A DNA stretch of 64,000 nucleotides. It comes from Bacteroidota bacterium (GTDB lineage Bacteria > Bacteroidota > Bacteroidia > AKYH767-A > OLB10). Below, piece after piece: positions 49,563 to 60,780 of the stretch (position 1 is its first letter; each line of letters starts with the position of its first letter). The stretch is taken from the NCBI GenBank assembly GCA_024643795.1, contig JAHEMF010000006.1, positions 22,112 through 86,111 of the forward strand, in the 5' to 3' direction. A program made the position numbers and the translations under genes. The notes beneath the pieces were generated by a model. It searched no databases. It had not been told where the DNA came from and worked only from the letters and a program-made list of their open reading frames with translations.

Positions 49563-50543
49563 TTAATTGGCAGCATTAGTCCTGATAGACCTGAGTCTTT
49601 GGAAATTTTCAAAAATAATAACACTGATAAGGGTGAACAATAAGACTGAAACGGTGAATATAATAACGATAAGACTTCTTACAGGATAAGACTTCTTTTC
49701 AGCAGGGACAGGCTTGGTAACTATATTGCTGTAGGTTAACACTTTTGTCAGATCTTTTAAGGCGTCTTCGTATTGGAGTTTTACATCATTGTAGGTCCCT
49801 CGTATCCTCCATAAATGTTCTTTCAATGCCATAGCCTCGCCACCCTTCAGCTGCATGTTATGCATGATCTTATCCATTGGCCTGTTTCCGGAACCGGCAG
49901 CGCCATCCTTTACAGCCGTATAGTATATTCTGGAAAAAGAATTCATCTGTTCTTCAAAATCAAGTATACCATAATCCATTCTGATATCCTTAAGTGCATT
50001 TTCCATAGAATCCATTTGGAACTTATAGTAATCAAGTTGATTCTTGAAAATAACAACTACCTCCTGTGATTTTTCACGTTGCAAAGACCTTGCCTTCTGA
50101 TCATGTTTGGATATTATTGAATCCACAAGATTACTTGCAACTTTCGGATCCTTATCTTTTACAATAATCTGAACTGATTCAAACCTTGTTTTATCGATAG
50201 TTATATTTTCCTTAAAAATATTATGAAGAATGGTTAAAGGGTATTTTTGTGTACTGTCAACTTCATAATGTTGCATCAGACCAAAATCTTCAATCAACGC
50301 ATCTCGAATATCATTTGATTCGAATAACTGAAGCATTTGTTCTGTTGGTGATTCGGTAGAGTATGGAATTAGGTTCTGCGGGTAAACAATAGCTTCCGAC
50401 TTGAACATAGGTGTTATGAAGAATGAAGAAGAAAATACCACAGCCAGAATGATCGAAGCAATGGCAGTAATAAGGAAGAACTTCATATACTTTTGTGCAA
50501 TCCTTAAAAGGAATAAAGAGTCGAATCTGGGTTCTGTACTCAT
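49563..50543 (-). CDS. Wzz-like polysaccharide chain-length determinant
   Basis: N- and C-terminal TMs flank a coiled-coil periplasmic region; PAEKKSYPVRSLIV. Confidence 0.82.
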   Translation of the reverse strand: MSTEPRFDSLFLLRIAQKYMKFFLITAIASIILAVVFSSSFFITPMFKSEAIVYPQNLIPYSTESPTEQMLQLFESNDIRDALIEDFGLMQHYEVDSTQKYPLTILHNIFKENITIDKTRFESVQIIVKDKDPKVASNLVDSIISKHDQKARSLQREKSQEVVVIFKNQLDYYKFQMDSMENALKDIRMDYGILDFEEQMNSFSRIYYTAVKDGAAGSGNRPMDKIMHNMQLKGGEAMALKEHLWRIRGTYNDVKLQYEDALKDLTKVLTYSNIVTKPVPAEKKSYPVRSLIVIIFTVSVLLFTLISVIIFENFQRLRSIRTNAAN

Positions 50544-50643
50544 AAATATCTGTTTCTAACTAATTAATTTACAGCCGCCAAAAGTAGCAGTTTTCCTTTT
50601 TGCAGCTTATTTATAAAGGTGAAGAATTCATTTATATTGATAA

Positions 50644-52092
50644 TCAATCAATTGGGTCGTTCTTTACTATCAGATAAATAGCCTTAAGGCTGATCATTTT
50701 AGTTATAAATGCCATGATGATCATGATTAAGAAAGAAAGAGTGAGGGCAATAAGTCCATTTTCAATAAGCGCCGAGGTCGTATAACAAGTTCCAATCGCC
50801 AGTACTATAAATGCAAAAAACCTGAATATATTATTAAGATCAATATTTAATTTAAGGATTTTATAACATAAAAATACCTGAATAAAAGCAGCCAGGTATT
50901 GTGTGATCAAACTTGCAATAGAAGCTCCAAATGCTTGGTACTGAGGAATGAGATAGTAATTCAAAATGATATTTGACATCATTGAAAATGCTGCCATAAT
51001 ATTTAGCTGCTTCATATTATTATTGGCAGTTAATAATGTTCCGTAGATATAAGTTGCAGACATGGCAAAGAAGCTGATCATCAAAACAGTAAAAATTGCA
51101 GAAGATTCAACAGTATATTCAACATATAGCAACTCCATAATAACATTGCCATAAAAGATTGATATTATCCCTGCTGATAAACTTATTGAACTTATCAATG
51201 AAAATGCTAATTGTAAAAGTGGTTGAATTTTGGTTCTCTGTTTCAGCATGTGTGAGAACATAGGCAGTAGTAGTCCTGCAAATAAGTAGGCAATCATATT
51301 TGAAGCGTCAAGTAGCCGGTAGGCCTGAGCATATATGCCTGCCTGAGACTTCCCGTCTGATAACATCCTTTCAATCATAACAGAATCAATTCTGTTATAA
51401 AACGACATCAACAAAAAAAGTAAAGCAAATGGATAGCTTTTTTTTAGAATAACAAGAAAGAAAAGTTTGTTAAAGTTTAAAGTAGTGAACTTTGATCTTT
51501 TAAATAAAATTATTAAAGCAAATATTGTGGTTGCCAGATACGCAATGGTTTGTGCTAAAATAAACCATTCTATCTTAAATTTGCTGTCGGTGATATTTCC
51601 CCAAAGCAAAACAGAACATATCAGTATCATGATAAAACGGTCCAATACCGAAATAATACTGTCTGTTTTAAAAAGTTGAATGCCCGAAATATTTGATCTT
51701 AAATAAAGAATGAATGATGCTAATATTTGATTAAAGAGTAATATCCACAATAGTTTCAGGTCTGTAATATCATAACCTATCAGCAGACCGAATGCGGTAC
51801 TGATAATTATAAATATAAAAGCGAGAAAGATCCTCAGTGAAATTATTCCAGATAGGTGTTTATTCAGTAGGTGCCTGTTCTGAGCGATATTGCGATTATT
51901 GAAGTTGGTAATGCCAAAGTCCAGAACTATATTTAGTAAAAATGAAAAGTTGAACAGAGCGTAATAATGACCATAGGCTTCAGCACCAACACTATTTTGA
52001 ACAGCCCTATCAATACCTAATAGCCAAAATGGCTTTACCAGGATATTCAGGAATAGCAGAAATGCCAGATTAGTAATAAATTTACGCTGCAT
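50644..52092 (-). CDS. Wzx-like oligosaccharide flippase / polysaccharide biosynthesis protein
   Basis: About 12-14 TMs, LDFGI, FYNRIDSVM, AGIYAQAYRL, LIPQYQAFGASIA. Start set at ATG 52092. Confidence 0.85.
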   Translation of the reverse strand: MQRKFITNLAFLLFLNILVKPFWLLGIDRAVQNSVGAEAYGHYYALFNFSFLLNIVLDFGITNFNNRNIAQNRHLLNKHLSGIISLRIFLAFIFIIISTAFGLLIGYDITDLKLLWILLFNQILASFILYLRSNISGIQLFKTDSIISVLDRFIMILICSVLLWGNITDSKFKIEWFILAQTIAYLATTIFALIILFKRSKFTTLNFNKLFFLVILKKSYPFALLFLLMSFYNRIDSVMIERMLSDGKSQAGIYAQAYRLLDASNMIAYLFAGLLLPMFSHMLKQRTKIQPLLQLAFSLISSISLSAGIISIFYGNVIMELLYVEYTVESSAIFTVLMISFFAMSATYIYGTLLTANNNMKQLNIMAAFSMMSNIILNYYLIPQYQAFGASIASLITQYLAAFIQVFLCYKILKLNIDLNNIFRFFAFIVLAIGTCYTTSALIENGLIALTLSFLIMIIMAFITKMISLKAIYLIVKNDPID

Positions 52093-52154
52093 GCATGAAA
52101 AGTTCCTCAAATTTAGATGTTCTCATCCAATAAGAATTGAAAGTTAGCTAATAT

Positions 52155-52754
52155 ATGACGCTTTTAACTGATTATGGTACAAATGAGTTTACTGCCGGAT
52201 GTGATGAGGCTGGCAGAGGGTGTCTGGCAGGTCCGGTTTTCGCTGCTTCAGTGATACTTCCTGTGGGATACAATCCTGAGGGTTTGAATGATTCAAAAAA
52301 GTTATCGCCAACTCAGAGAGAACTGCTACGTGCCGAAATTTTAGATAAGGCGGTTGCCTGGGCGGTAGCAAAATGTGACCTGAATGAGATAGATAGACTT
52401 AATATCCTTTGGGCTTCAATTGAGGCAATGCATAAATCGTTGGGGCTATTAAATCCTCAACCACAATTCATACTGGTTGATGGTAATAAATTTAAAAAGT
52501 ATAAAAACTTGAATCATAAATGTATTGTGGGCGGAGATGGAAAATTTGCTTGTATTGCTGCTGCTTCAATATTGGCAAAGACCTTCAGAGATGATTATAT
52601 GAATCAAATAGGATCAGAGTTTCCACAGTATGGCTGGGATAAGAATAAAGGATACGGCACAGCGTCACATATGAAGGCTTTAAAAGCACATGGACCTTCT
52701 AAGCATCACAGAAAGAGTTTCAAGCCAATCAAACAATTTCAGTTTGATTTGTGA
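52155..52754 (+). CDS. rnhB: Ribonuclease HII
   Basis: GCDEAGRGCLAGPV, LNDSKKL, LVDGN, IAAASILAK, NKGYGT, HRKSF. Confidence 0.96.
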   Translation: MTLLTDYGTNEFTAGCDEAGRGCLAGPVFAASVILPVGYNPEGLNDSKKLSPTQRELLRAEILDKAVAWAVAKCDLNEIDRLNILWASIEAMHKSLGLLNPQPQFILVDGNKFKKYKNLNHKCIVGGDGKFACIAAASILAKTFRDDYMNQIGSEFPQYGWDKNKGYGTASHMKALKAHGPSKHHRKSFKPIKQFQFDL

Positions 52755-52872
52755 AATCATTCCCTTATCAACATATTTATGTAAATAAATAACCCTTCTA
52801 TTTCAAGGGAACTACGCCAGTCTTAGTAGCTTTGATTAAAATTAACGGTTCTAATAATCCCGACCCGGAAGA

Positions 52873-55575
52873 ATGAAAAAAATAATTTCTGCAGCTGTTA
52901 TCACTCTTGTTATAGTGCTTTTGGGGGTTGGGTTATTCTATTATTTGGATGATTTTTCATTTTCATCCCGAGATCCGCTTGAGTCGATCCCCTCAGATGC
53001 TATAGCGGTATTGTGTATTGAAAACAATGCCAATTCATTGAATGAAATAAAAGATCATGAATTTTGGAGTTACTTCAGAGTGTCGGAGTATATTTCAGGT
53101 ATTCATAATGATCTTGCTGCCTTTTCGGAACTCCTGTCAACAATAGGCGCTGAAATATTCAAGGAGCGTATCTACGCTTCTCTGCATATAACCGGGTCTG
53201 GTTCATTCGACCTCTTATATTCAACAAAAATAAGTGCAGATATTACGGATCAGCAGTTAATATATTTCTTTGGAGAAATAGATACAGCCAACACTCTCTC
53301 ATTTACAACCAGGGAATACGAAGCGAGCAAAGTTTATGAATTCAAGTTTGCGAATGGTCGAACTTTTGCTGCAACTATATCTCAGGGAATATTTCTGGGA
53401 AGTTTCACTTCATTTCTTGTAGATGATGGGTTAAGGAAGTTAGCGATCAAAGTTCCTCAAAAAAACGCAGAAGATTTTAGTAAATATTTAGAGGATGGAA
53501 ATTCAATAGTAGTATTTCCTTCTTATTTAAGCAGACTAATTTCTGTTTTTGAAGCGCCGGACAAGAAACTTCCGTTTCCGCTTTTAAATAATTTATCGGG
53601 TCCTGTTTTTGCAGGATTTGAGATCCGGAGTGATGCATTAAAGCTAGCTGGTAGCGTAGAAACCGGTTCCCGAAAAGATTTTATCGACTGCTTCAAAGGT
53701 CAAGGTCCGGTAGCATCACAGGCAACCAATATTTTACCTGCAAATACAGCTTTCTACATTGCTTATAATATCAATTCACCTAAAAAGTTTGCAGCTAATT
53801 TGTCAAGCTATATCAAATCGGAGTTTTCTGATGCTACCTATGATCAAATAAGATCTGCTAAGGATCTTTATAATGTTGACCTTGAAAAGCAGATATATAG
53901 CTGGCTGGGTGGGCAGATCATTATGTCTATTGTAGAACCACCCGGAACGCGATACACAAATAATGTGGTAGGGATGATCCAAACCATAAATGTTGAAAAA
54001 GCTCAGGATAGTCTAGCCGAGCTGATCAAACTGATCGATAATAAGCTTGGTTCTAAAACGCCAACAGAGTCATATAAAGGTCATAGGATAAGATTAATTA
54101 AGTTGCCCGGGTTAATGAGACTGGCGTACGGACCAATCTTTGATAACCTGAATGACACATACTATACATTTATTAATGACTATATGGTTTTTGCAAACAG
54201 GCCTTCTATGTTGAGAAATGTTATCGATTATTATGAGAAGGGTAGTGTGCTTAGTAAAAGTAAAACGTATAAAAAGTTAACTGAAAACCTTTCCAGTTTA
54301 TCAAATATCGTTGTCTATTCTGATTTTACCCGTTCACAGAACATTCTGGCCAATATATCTTCACCTAAATGGGATATCAGTAAATATGCGGGTTCCGGAA
54401 GTAAATTTGTTGGGGCTGCATCTCAATTTATAATTGTTGACTCAACGCGTGCTGACTTTGAAGCATCGTTTTGTTTTGGTCAGGAAAGAGGCAAAAGTTC
54501 TAACTTGCTTTATGCAACTGAATTGGATGCTCCGGTTAGTGGTAATCCCAAAGTTTTTAAAGACCCGGCGAAACGAGGCTATCAAATTCTGGTTCAGGAT
54601 ATCGAAAACACATTGTATCTGATTGATGAAAATGGAAATATAAAGTGGAAAAATCAAGTGGGTGAAAAAATAATAAGTGAAATCTATCAGATCGACCTTT
54701 TCAGGAATAATGTAAACCAGTTTATTTTCAATACAAAAACTTATATGCATGTTTTAGACCTGAATGGAAGACCTATGGGTAATTATCCTATTCGTTTACC
54801 CGCACAGGCTGCAGCCTCTTTAAGCATTTTCAAAAATAATACAGGGACCCAATTCAATATTTATGTCCCTTGCACTAATAATCGCGTGTATGCTTACCAA
54901 TTGGATGGCAGACCACTACCGGGTTGGAATTACAGTTCAGTATCTGGTGAGCTCTATAAAAAGATTGATATTATTGATATAAAACAACAATCAAGATTGG
55001 TTATCAGCGATAATGGAGGTAGTCAAACTTTAGCAAATTTTTTAGGTGAAAAGATCCTTGTTAGCAAAGGTCAGATCGTAGAACCTGATGCGAGTATTTA
55101 TAGTATTGAAAAGTATGATCCGCAAATGCTTTGGGTTTCTGTTTCTACTTCCGGTAATTTGATCAAATGTAATGCCAGCGGAACTGCAGAGCTAATTCCT
55201 TTGAGCCTGAAAAATGATAAGTTTGGATTTATTTATAACGACTTAGATAATGATGGCATTAATGAATTTGTGATAACTGATGGGACAGAGGTGCAAGTTT
55301 ACACTTATGAATTGGCATCACTTTTTAATGTGGACCTGAAAACAGAATTAACAAATTCAATTCAAGTACTTCATTCTATTAAAAATGAAACTTATATCGC
55401 AATTCATTCAACCGATAATCAAACATGGTTGTTGGATCGGGAAGGCAAAATTTTAAATGGATTTCCTGTGAAAGGTAATAGAGGTTGCGAACTGATTGAA
55501 GGAGATTCAGGCCAGCAATCGCTGCTTGTTATCGGAGATAAAGACGGGGTGATTTATACTTATTCCTTGGAATAG
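52873..55575 (+). CDS. Large membrane-anchored protein (DUF3352-like) with a beta-propeller-like C-terminus
   Basis: N-terminal TM anchor, IPSDA, WLGGQI; C-terminal propeller-type repeats (IDLFRN, DLDNDG, GFPV). Upstream -7 element TAGCTTTG at 52827. Confidence 0.7.
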   Translation: MKKIISAAVITLVIVLLGVGLFYYLDDFSFSSRDPLESIPSDAIAVLCIENNANSLNEIKDHEFWSYFRVSEYISGIHNDLAAFSELLSTIGAEIFKERIYASLHITGSGSFDLLYSTKISADITDQQLIYFFGEIDTANTLSFTTREYEASKVYEFKFANGRTFAATISQGIFLGSFTSFLVDDGLRKLAIKVPQKNAEDFSKYLEDGNSIVVFPSYLSRLISVFEAPDKKLPFPLLNNLSGPVFAGFEIRSDALKLAGSVETGSRKDFIDCFKGQGPVASQATNILPANTAFYIAYNINSPKKFAANLSSYIKSEFSDATYDQIRSAKDLYNVDLEKQIYSWLGGQIIMSIVEPPGTRYTNNVVGMIQTINVEKAQDSLAELIKLIDNKLGSKTPTESYKGHRIRLIKLPGLMRLAYGPIFDNLNDTYYTFINDYMVFANRPSMLRNVIDYYEKGSVLSKSKTYKKLTENLSSLSNIVVYSDFTRSQNILANISSPKWDISKYAGSGSKFVGAASQFIIVDSTRADFEASFCFGQERGKSSNLLYATELDAPVSGNPKVFKDPAKRGYQILVQDIENTLYLIDENGNIKWKNQVGEKIISEIYQIDLFRNNVNQFIFNTKTYMHVLDLNGRPMGNYPIRLPAQAAASLSIFKNNTGTQFNIYVPCTNNRVYAYQLDGRPLPGWNYSSVSGELYKKIDIIDIKQQSRLVISDNGGSQTLANFLGEKILVSKGQIVEPDASIYSIEKYDPQMLWVSVSTSGNLIKCNASGTAELIPLSLKNDKFGFIYNDLDNDGINEFVITDGTEVQVYTYELASLFNVDLKTELTNSIQVLHSIKNETYIAIHSTDNQTWLLDREGKILNGFPVKGNRGCELIEGDSGQQSLLVIGDKDGVIYTYSLE

Positions 55576-55577
55576 GG

Positions 55578-56525
55578 TCACTTCAATCTCAAGCGTGTTC
55601 CTGGTTCAGGCATCACACCTGCTTCAATTTTATTTAACTTGTAAAGTTTCCTGAGTTTGATACCATAGATCTGTGATACCTCACGCATAGACTGTCCTGG
55701 TGTTAACACATGATATTCACTGGCTGGTTTACCTCGCTTAGGTTTCAGATATACTACTTCACCTTCATGTAACAGATCATCCTTACCAGCTTCATTATAT
55801 TTTAATATTTGCCAAAACATCATATCATGTTCGTTGGCAACAGAGAAGTAGGTGTCTCCTTTTTCCGCAACAACGTACGGGATGCCATTCGCGTTTGTTT
55901 CATACTGGAGACTTTCTGATAGCTGCTTTGGAGTAGTATTTGGTTTTTGCAAGTTGGTTGCAACCGGATATTCAGGTGATTTGGAAAGGGGTACCTTCTT
56001 ACCACCTCTGTCATATTGATGCAAATGATGCTGTTCTATTATTCTAATGAGGTGGTCAGCATATTTTGGATTGGTAGCATACCCGGCTTTTTTTAAGCCT
56101 CTTGCCCAGGCTTTATAATCACTTGTTTTATAATCAAATAAAAAGGCATATCGTGAACGCTCCCTTAAAAACCTGCTATGGTCATTATATGATGCTATAA
56201 CATCAGGATATTTCCGGAAACATTCATCTTTTGCATCATCGTCTTTGTAAATCCTTTCACCTCGCCAATCGTTGTGACACTTGATCCCGAAATGGTTGTT
56301 GGCCTCTCTTGCGAGAGTTGAATTTCCACTTTCTGACTCCAAAATTCCCTGCGCCAAAGTTATACTTGCGGGAACCCCGGTTAGCATCATATCTTTTACT
56401 GCGTCATTCTTATAAGTTTCAATATACTCCTGAGGTGTTGTTTTACGCTGCGGCTGAGCAGGTAATGCAAAACTACAGTTCAATACCAGTAGGATGATCA
56501 AAATAAGATAATGGCTCTTTTTCAT
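55578..56525 (-). CDS. GH73 glucosaminidase with LysM domains (peptidoglycan hydrolase)
   Basis: PASITLAQGILES, NNHFGIKC, GYATNPKY; C-terminal LysM-type repeats. Start set at ATG 56525. Confidence 0.9.
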   Translation of the reverse strand: MKKSHYLILIILLVLNCSFALPAQPQRKTTPQEYIETYKNDAVKDMMLTGVPASITLAQGILESESGNSTLAREANNHFGIKCHNDWRGERIYKDDDAKDECFRKYPDVIASYNDHSRFLRERSRYAFLFDYKTSDYKAWARGLKKAGYATNPKYADHLIRIIEQHHLHQYDRGGKKVPLSKSPEYPVATNLQKPNTTPKQLSESLQYETNANGIPYVVAEKGDTYFSVANEHDMMFWQILKYNEAGKDDLLHEGEVVYLKPKRGKPASEYHVLTPGQSMREVSQIYGIKLRKLYKLNKIEAGVMPEPGTRLRLK

Positions 56526-56647
56526 AATTGAACTGCTATGCTTGAACGTGCTAAATAAATCAAAATCATTGGTTTGTCGGGCTGTTGCAAAGCTCATCTA
56601 TTAACATACATATGTTAATTATGGCACCATGAGATATTAGCTAAATA

Positions 56648-57529
56648 TTAAGTGCCCGAAATCAGAGAATTTTGGTTAAGGTATTGTAAACCACCGGTGT
56701 GTATAATCAGAATTCTGCTGTTCTTTTCAATATCGCCTTTTCTAAGCATATCATAGACCCCATATAAAGTTTTACCTGTATAAACCGGTTCAATAGGAAC
56801 ACCTGTTCTGGTGGTAAACTCTGAAATAAAATTCTGCAGTTCGCTATTTTGTTTTGCATAACCGCCAAAGGTGTATGAGAAGTTTATTTTTGTCTTTACT
56901 CTCACATCATCTTCCAGCTGTTCATCCAATAACGTATTGATGCCATCCATATTTTTCAATATGGCAATACCATTAATAATCTGATTTCCCTTGCTGCTCT
57001 TTGCAATACCTGCCAAAGTACCCCCCGTAGCGCAAGCGCAAAAAACATGATCAAAAGATTTATCCTCATCAGTAAGTATCTCTTCACAACCTTTTATTCC
57101 CTCCTCATTAGTTCCCCCTTCAGGAATTACATAGGCAGGCCCGTATTCATCCAGTAGTGATTTAATGTATTCCGGCTCGGTTCTTCTTCTATAATCCGAC
57201 CTGGTCACAAAATGTAGTTTCATGCCATTTGCCTTAGCTTCAAGCAATGTTTTTGAAAGAGCAATTGGTTCTTCACCCCTGACAATACCTATGCAATTAA
57301 TACCCGCTTTTAAACAGGCGAATGCAGTAGCAGCTATATGGTTAGAATAAGCTCCTCCGAATGTCAGCACAGTAGGGGATCCGGAATTTTGAGCCTTTTG
57401 TAAATTATATCTCAATTTGAAATGTTTATTTCCTCCATCATACACTCCTAACTTATCTAATCTTTTGATACTGATTCTCAAGTCATTACCAAAATATTTT
57501 AAATAAGGGTCATTAAGCAGCTCATTCAT
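56648..57529 (-). CDS. ACC deaminase / D-cysteine desulfhydrase family PLP enzyme
   Basis: GNKHFKL, TFGGAYSNH, IPEGG, ATGGTLAG, EPVYTGK, IHTGGLQ. Confidence 0.88.
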   Translation of the reverse strand: MNELLNDPYLKYFGNDLRISIKRLDKLGVYDGGNKHFKLRYNLQKAQNSGSPTVLTFGGAYSNHIAATAFACLKAGINCIGIVRGEEPIALSKTLLEAKANGMKLHFVTRSDYRRRTEPEYIKSLLDEYGPAYVIPEGGTNEEGIKGCEEILTDEDKSFDHVFCACATGGTLAGIAKSSKGNQIINGIAILKNMDGINTLLDEQLEDDVRVKTKINFSYTFGGYAKQNSELQNFISEFTTRTGVPIEPVYTGKTLYGVYDMLRKGDIEKNSRILIIHTGGLQYLNQNSLISGT

Positions 57530-57593
57530 ACCAATAGTTCAAACAATACCTTATGTTCAACTGTTAAACCCCGAAATTAGCCTAAATTTGCAG

Positions 57594-57776
57594 ATGTCTT
57601 TTACTGATAAATTCTCAAAAGAAGACTATTACCTCACAGATGAGGGATACATAGTTTTTACCGAAGCCTATCATCTCAAGAGGGGATATTGTTGTCAAAG
57701 CCATTGCCGGCATTGTCCCTGGGAGTTCGGAAAAAAGCACAAGAACACAAATAGTGATCAGAAAAAAGGAAAGTAA
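57594..57776 (+). CDS. Small Cys-rich protein (DUF5522-like)
   Basis: DYY...GYIVFTEAYHLKRGYCCQSHCRHCPW. Confidence 0.8.
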   Translation: MSFTDKFSKEDYYLTDEGYIVFTEAYHLKRGYCCQSHCRHCPWEFGKKHKNTNSDQKKGK

Positions 57777-57788
57777 AAAGTTCAAAAT

Positions 57789-59465
57789 ATGGATTTAGTA
57801 TCTGAAAAGCTTGATTTAAAAGAATTGATAACGCCAACAGGTAGCAAACTAAATTGTAAAGGATGGGTTCAGGAAGCTGCATTAAGGATGTTGTACAATA
57901 ATCTTGACCCAGATGTTGCTGAGAGACCTGAGGACTTGATAGTTTATGGAGGAAGGGGCAAGGCAGCACGTAATGTGGAATCATTTCACATGATTGTAAA
58001 GGCATTGAAAGATCTTGAAGATAATGAGACACTGTTGATCCAAAGTGGCAAGCCTGTTGCCATAATGCCTACTCATAAAGATGCTCCAAGAGTGATCATC
58101 AGCAATTCCCAGTTGGTGCCAAAATGGGCAACCTGGGAAGTTTTTGATGAGCTGGAAAAAAAGGGGTTGATGATGTATGGTCAAATGACTGCAGGATCGT
58201 GGATCTATATCGGTTCACAAGGAATTGTTCAGGGAACTTATGAGACCTTCAATGCAGTGGCAGACAAGCATTTCAATGGTAGCTTAAAAGGGAAATTGTG
58301 TGTTACAGCAGGCCTTGGCGGGATGGGCGGAGCTCAACCTTTGGCCATAACAATGGCAGATGGAGTTTGTTTGGCTGCTGAAGTGGAAACCTGGAGAGCA
58401 GAAAAAAGGATCGAAACTAAATACCTCGATTTTATGGAGCATGATATCGACAAAGCGATAGACCTTGCTTTAGAATGCAAATCGAAAGGAGAAAATAAAT
58501 CTATAGGTGTGATCTGCACTGCTGTGCAACTCCTGAACAGACTCAAAGAACGTAAAATAGTTCCTGATGTGTTAACCGATCAAACTTCAGCGCATGACCC
58601 ACTTGTTGGTTACCATCCTGAAGGATTATCAGTTGAAGAGGCTAAGGTGTTAAGGGAGACTGATCCCAAAAAATATATTGAAATGAGCTACGATTCCATG
58701 GCTATTCATGTGAAACTTATGCTTTATTTTCAGCAACAGGGTTCTGTAACATTTGATTATGGTAATAACTTGCGTGCAAGAGCAGAGGAACGGGGTGTTA
58801 CTAATGCGTTTGATTTTCCGGGCTTTGTCCCTGCTTATATCCGCGATCTTTTTTGTGAAGGTAAAGGACCATTCAGGTGGGCAGCCCTTTCAGGTGACCC
58901 AGAAGATATCAAGGTCACAGATCAGGTAATTCTGGATTTATTTCCTGATGATGCAGGATTGCACCGATGGATAAAAATGGCCCAGGACCGCATTGCATTT
59001 CAAGGATTACCTGCCAGAATATGCTGGATAGGTCAAGGTGAAAGAGAAAAGGCAGGCCTTGCTTTTAATGAGCTGGTAAGAACAGGTAAAGTAAAAGCTC
59101 CGATTGTTATAGGCAGGGATCATTTAGATACAGGCTCTGTTGCTTCTCCTAACAGAGAAACAGAATCTATGCTTGATGGATCTGATGCAGTAGCCGACTG
59201 GCCAATATTAAATGCATTGGTGAGTACTGCTGGGGGAGCCAGCTGGGTCAGCCTGCACCACGGAGGAGGGGTAGGAATGGGGTATTCAATTCATGCAGGA
59301 ATGGTGATAGTAGCTGACGGTACTGAAGATGCTGCCAAACGATTAAGCAGGGTATTGCATAATGACCCGGCTATGGGTGTGATCAGGCACATGGATGCAG
59401 GCTACACATTAGCTCATGAAACAGCAAAGAAACATAACCTTGATATTAATGATAGGTTGAGCTGA
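57789..59465 (+). CDS. hutU: Urocanate hydratase
   Basis: [54 protein letters not shown]. Confidence 0.97.
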   Translation: MDLVSEKLDLKELITPTGSKLNCKGWVQEAALRMLYNNLDPDVAERPEDLIVYGGRGKAARNVESFHMIVKALKDLEDNETLLIQSGKPVAIMPTHKDAPRVIISNSQLVPKWATWEVFDELEKKGLMMYGQMTAGSWIYIGSQGIVQGTYETFNAVADKHFNGSLKGKLCVTAGLGGMGGAQPLAITMADGVCLAAEVETWRAEKRIETKYLDFMEHDIDKAIDLALECKSKGENKSIGVICTAVQLLNRLKERKIVPDVLTDQTSAHDPLVGYHPEGLSVEEAKVLRETDPKKYIEMSYDSMAIHVKLMLYFQQQGSVTFDYGNNLRARAEERGVTNAFDFPGFVPAYIRDLFCEGKGPFRWAALSGDPEDIKVTDQVILDLFPDDAGLHRWIKMAQDRIAFQGLPARICWIGQGEREKAGLAFNELVRTGKVKAPIVIGRDHLDTGSVASPNRETESMLDGSDAVADWPILNALVSTAGGASWVSLHHGGGVGMGYSIHAGMVIVADGTEDAAKRLSRVLHNDPAMGVIRHMDAGYTLAHETAKKHNLDINDRLS

Positions 59466-59501
59466 CTTCGTAATGTGGTACGCTTTTTGCCAATAAAAAA
59501 T

Positions 59502-59912
59502 ATGCTTTATAAAAATCAGAAAACAAGGTTCGTAGGCCCAATGATGGCTTTGTTGTTACTTATAACATCATGTGCCAAGGATGATGAGAATCAACCCTCA
59601 TCCAATGATGACCGTGATAAATTTCTGGGCACATGGCTTTGTACTGAAACTGTAAAGGGTGGGCCTACTACTGCTTTTACAATAAATATTCAGTCGGTCG
59701 GTTCTGATGATACGATCCGGATCGTTAACTTCAATAATCTTGGAACACCATATGCTGCTACCGCCATTGTTTCAGGATCTTCATTTGTAATTCCTAACCA
59801 GGATATCACTCAAGTGATAATAAACGGTACCGGTATTTATACTTCGCAGAGTAAGATCAGTATGAATTATACCGCAGACTCAGATACCTTAACGGCTGTA
59901 TGTACTAAATAA
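59502..59912 (+). CDS. Hypothetical lipoprotein
   Basis: Lipobox ITSC, DRDKFLGTW motif, beta-rich body. Confidence 0.7.
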   Translation: MLYKNQKTRFVGPMMALLLLITSCAKDDENQPSSNDDRDKFLGTWLCTETVKGGPTTAFTINIQSVGSDDTIRIVNFNNLGTPYAATAIVSGSSFVIPNQDITQVIINGTGIYTSQSKISMNYTADSDTLTAVCTK

Positions 59913-59932
59913 TGGGGGAAATTAAAAAGTAG

Positions 59933-60598
59933 TTACTCGTTCTCAAGTACTGCTAACACTGTAATTGCGCCTGTCACTTTTTGCCCGATCTTTACATTTA
60001 TACCGGCATCCAGCGGAACAAAGACATCTACCCGGGAACCGAATTTTATAAATCCCAATTCAGCTCCTTGTCTTACCATATCGCCTTCGTGAGGATAGTA
60101 AACAATTCGGTTTGCCAGTGCGCCTGCTATCTGTCTTAACAAAATTTGCACTTTCCCACCTTTTGATATCACTACAGTTGTTCTTTCGTTTTCTGTTGAT
60201 GATTTTGGATGCCATGCTACGAGCTTGCGACCTTCATGATAACGTAAAAAGGAGATCTGACCACTGATAGGGTACCAGTTTGCATGTACATTAATAGGCG
60301 ACATAAAAATGCTTATCTGCCTTCTCTTATCCTTGAAGTACTCAGTTTCTTCAACCTCTTCAATTGCAACGACTTTTCCATCGGCAGGAGCAATGACATA
60401 ATTCTCATTTCGTGAAACATCACGTTTAGGATACCTGAAAAACTGCAACACGAGAAGGAAAAGTACAAGCGTTACTGTTATAACTATAACATTATTAATG
60501 GGATTATCAGGAATATTGTACAGTACAATAACATCAAGTATGAATAAAATAACAACTGTGATGATTAGAATGGTTGTACCCTCTCTGTGGATTCTCAT
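59933..60598 (-). CDS. psd: Phosphatidylserine decarboxylase proenzyme
   Basis: FFRYP, APADG, SIFMSPINVH, NER, QIAG, GFIKFGSRVD autocleavage site. Confidence 0.93.
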   Translation of the reverse strand: MRIHREGTTILIITVVILFILDVIVLYNIPDNPINNVIVITVTLVLFLLVLQFFRYPKRDVSRNENYVIAPADGKVVAIEEVEETEYFKDKRRQISIFMSPINVHANWYPISGQISFLRYHEGRKLVAWHPKSSTENERTTVVISKGGKVQILLRQIAGALANRIVYYPHEGDMVRQGAELGFIKFGSRVDVFVPLDAGINVKIGQKVTGAITVLAVLENE

Positions 60599-60780
60599 GT
60601 ATTGCTGTGTCAGTTAAGCGGGGGTAAAAATAATAGGTTAACTCATAAAAATGCAGAAAATCATTAAATACTGGATAAATACAAGTAAAGTGTCCATCTT
60701 AATACCTGTTCAGGAACGGTTATAGTCTCAAATGAAGCTTCGGGATTCACTAATTACACTATTTTCTATAAATTTAGAGG

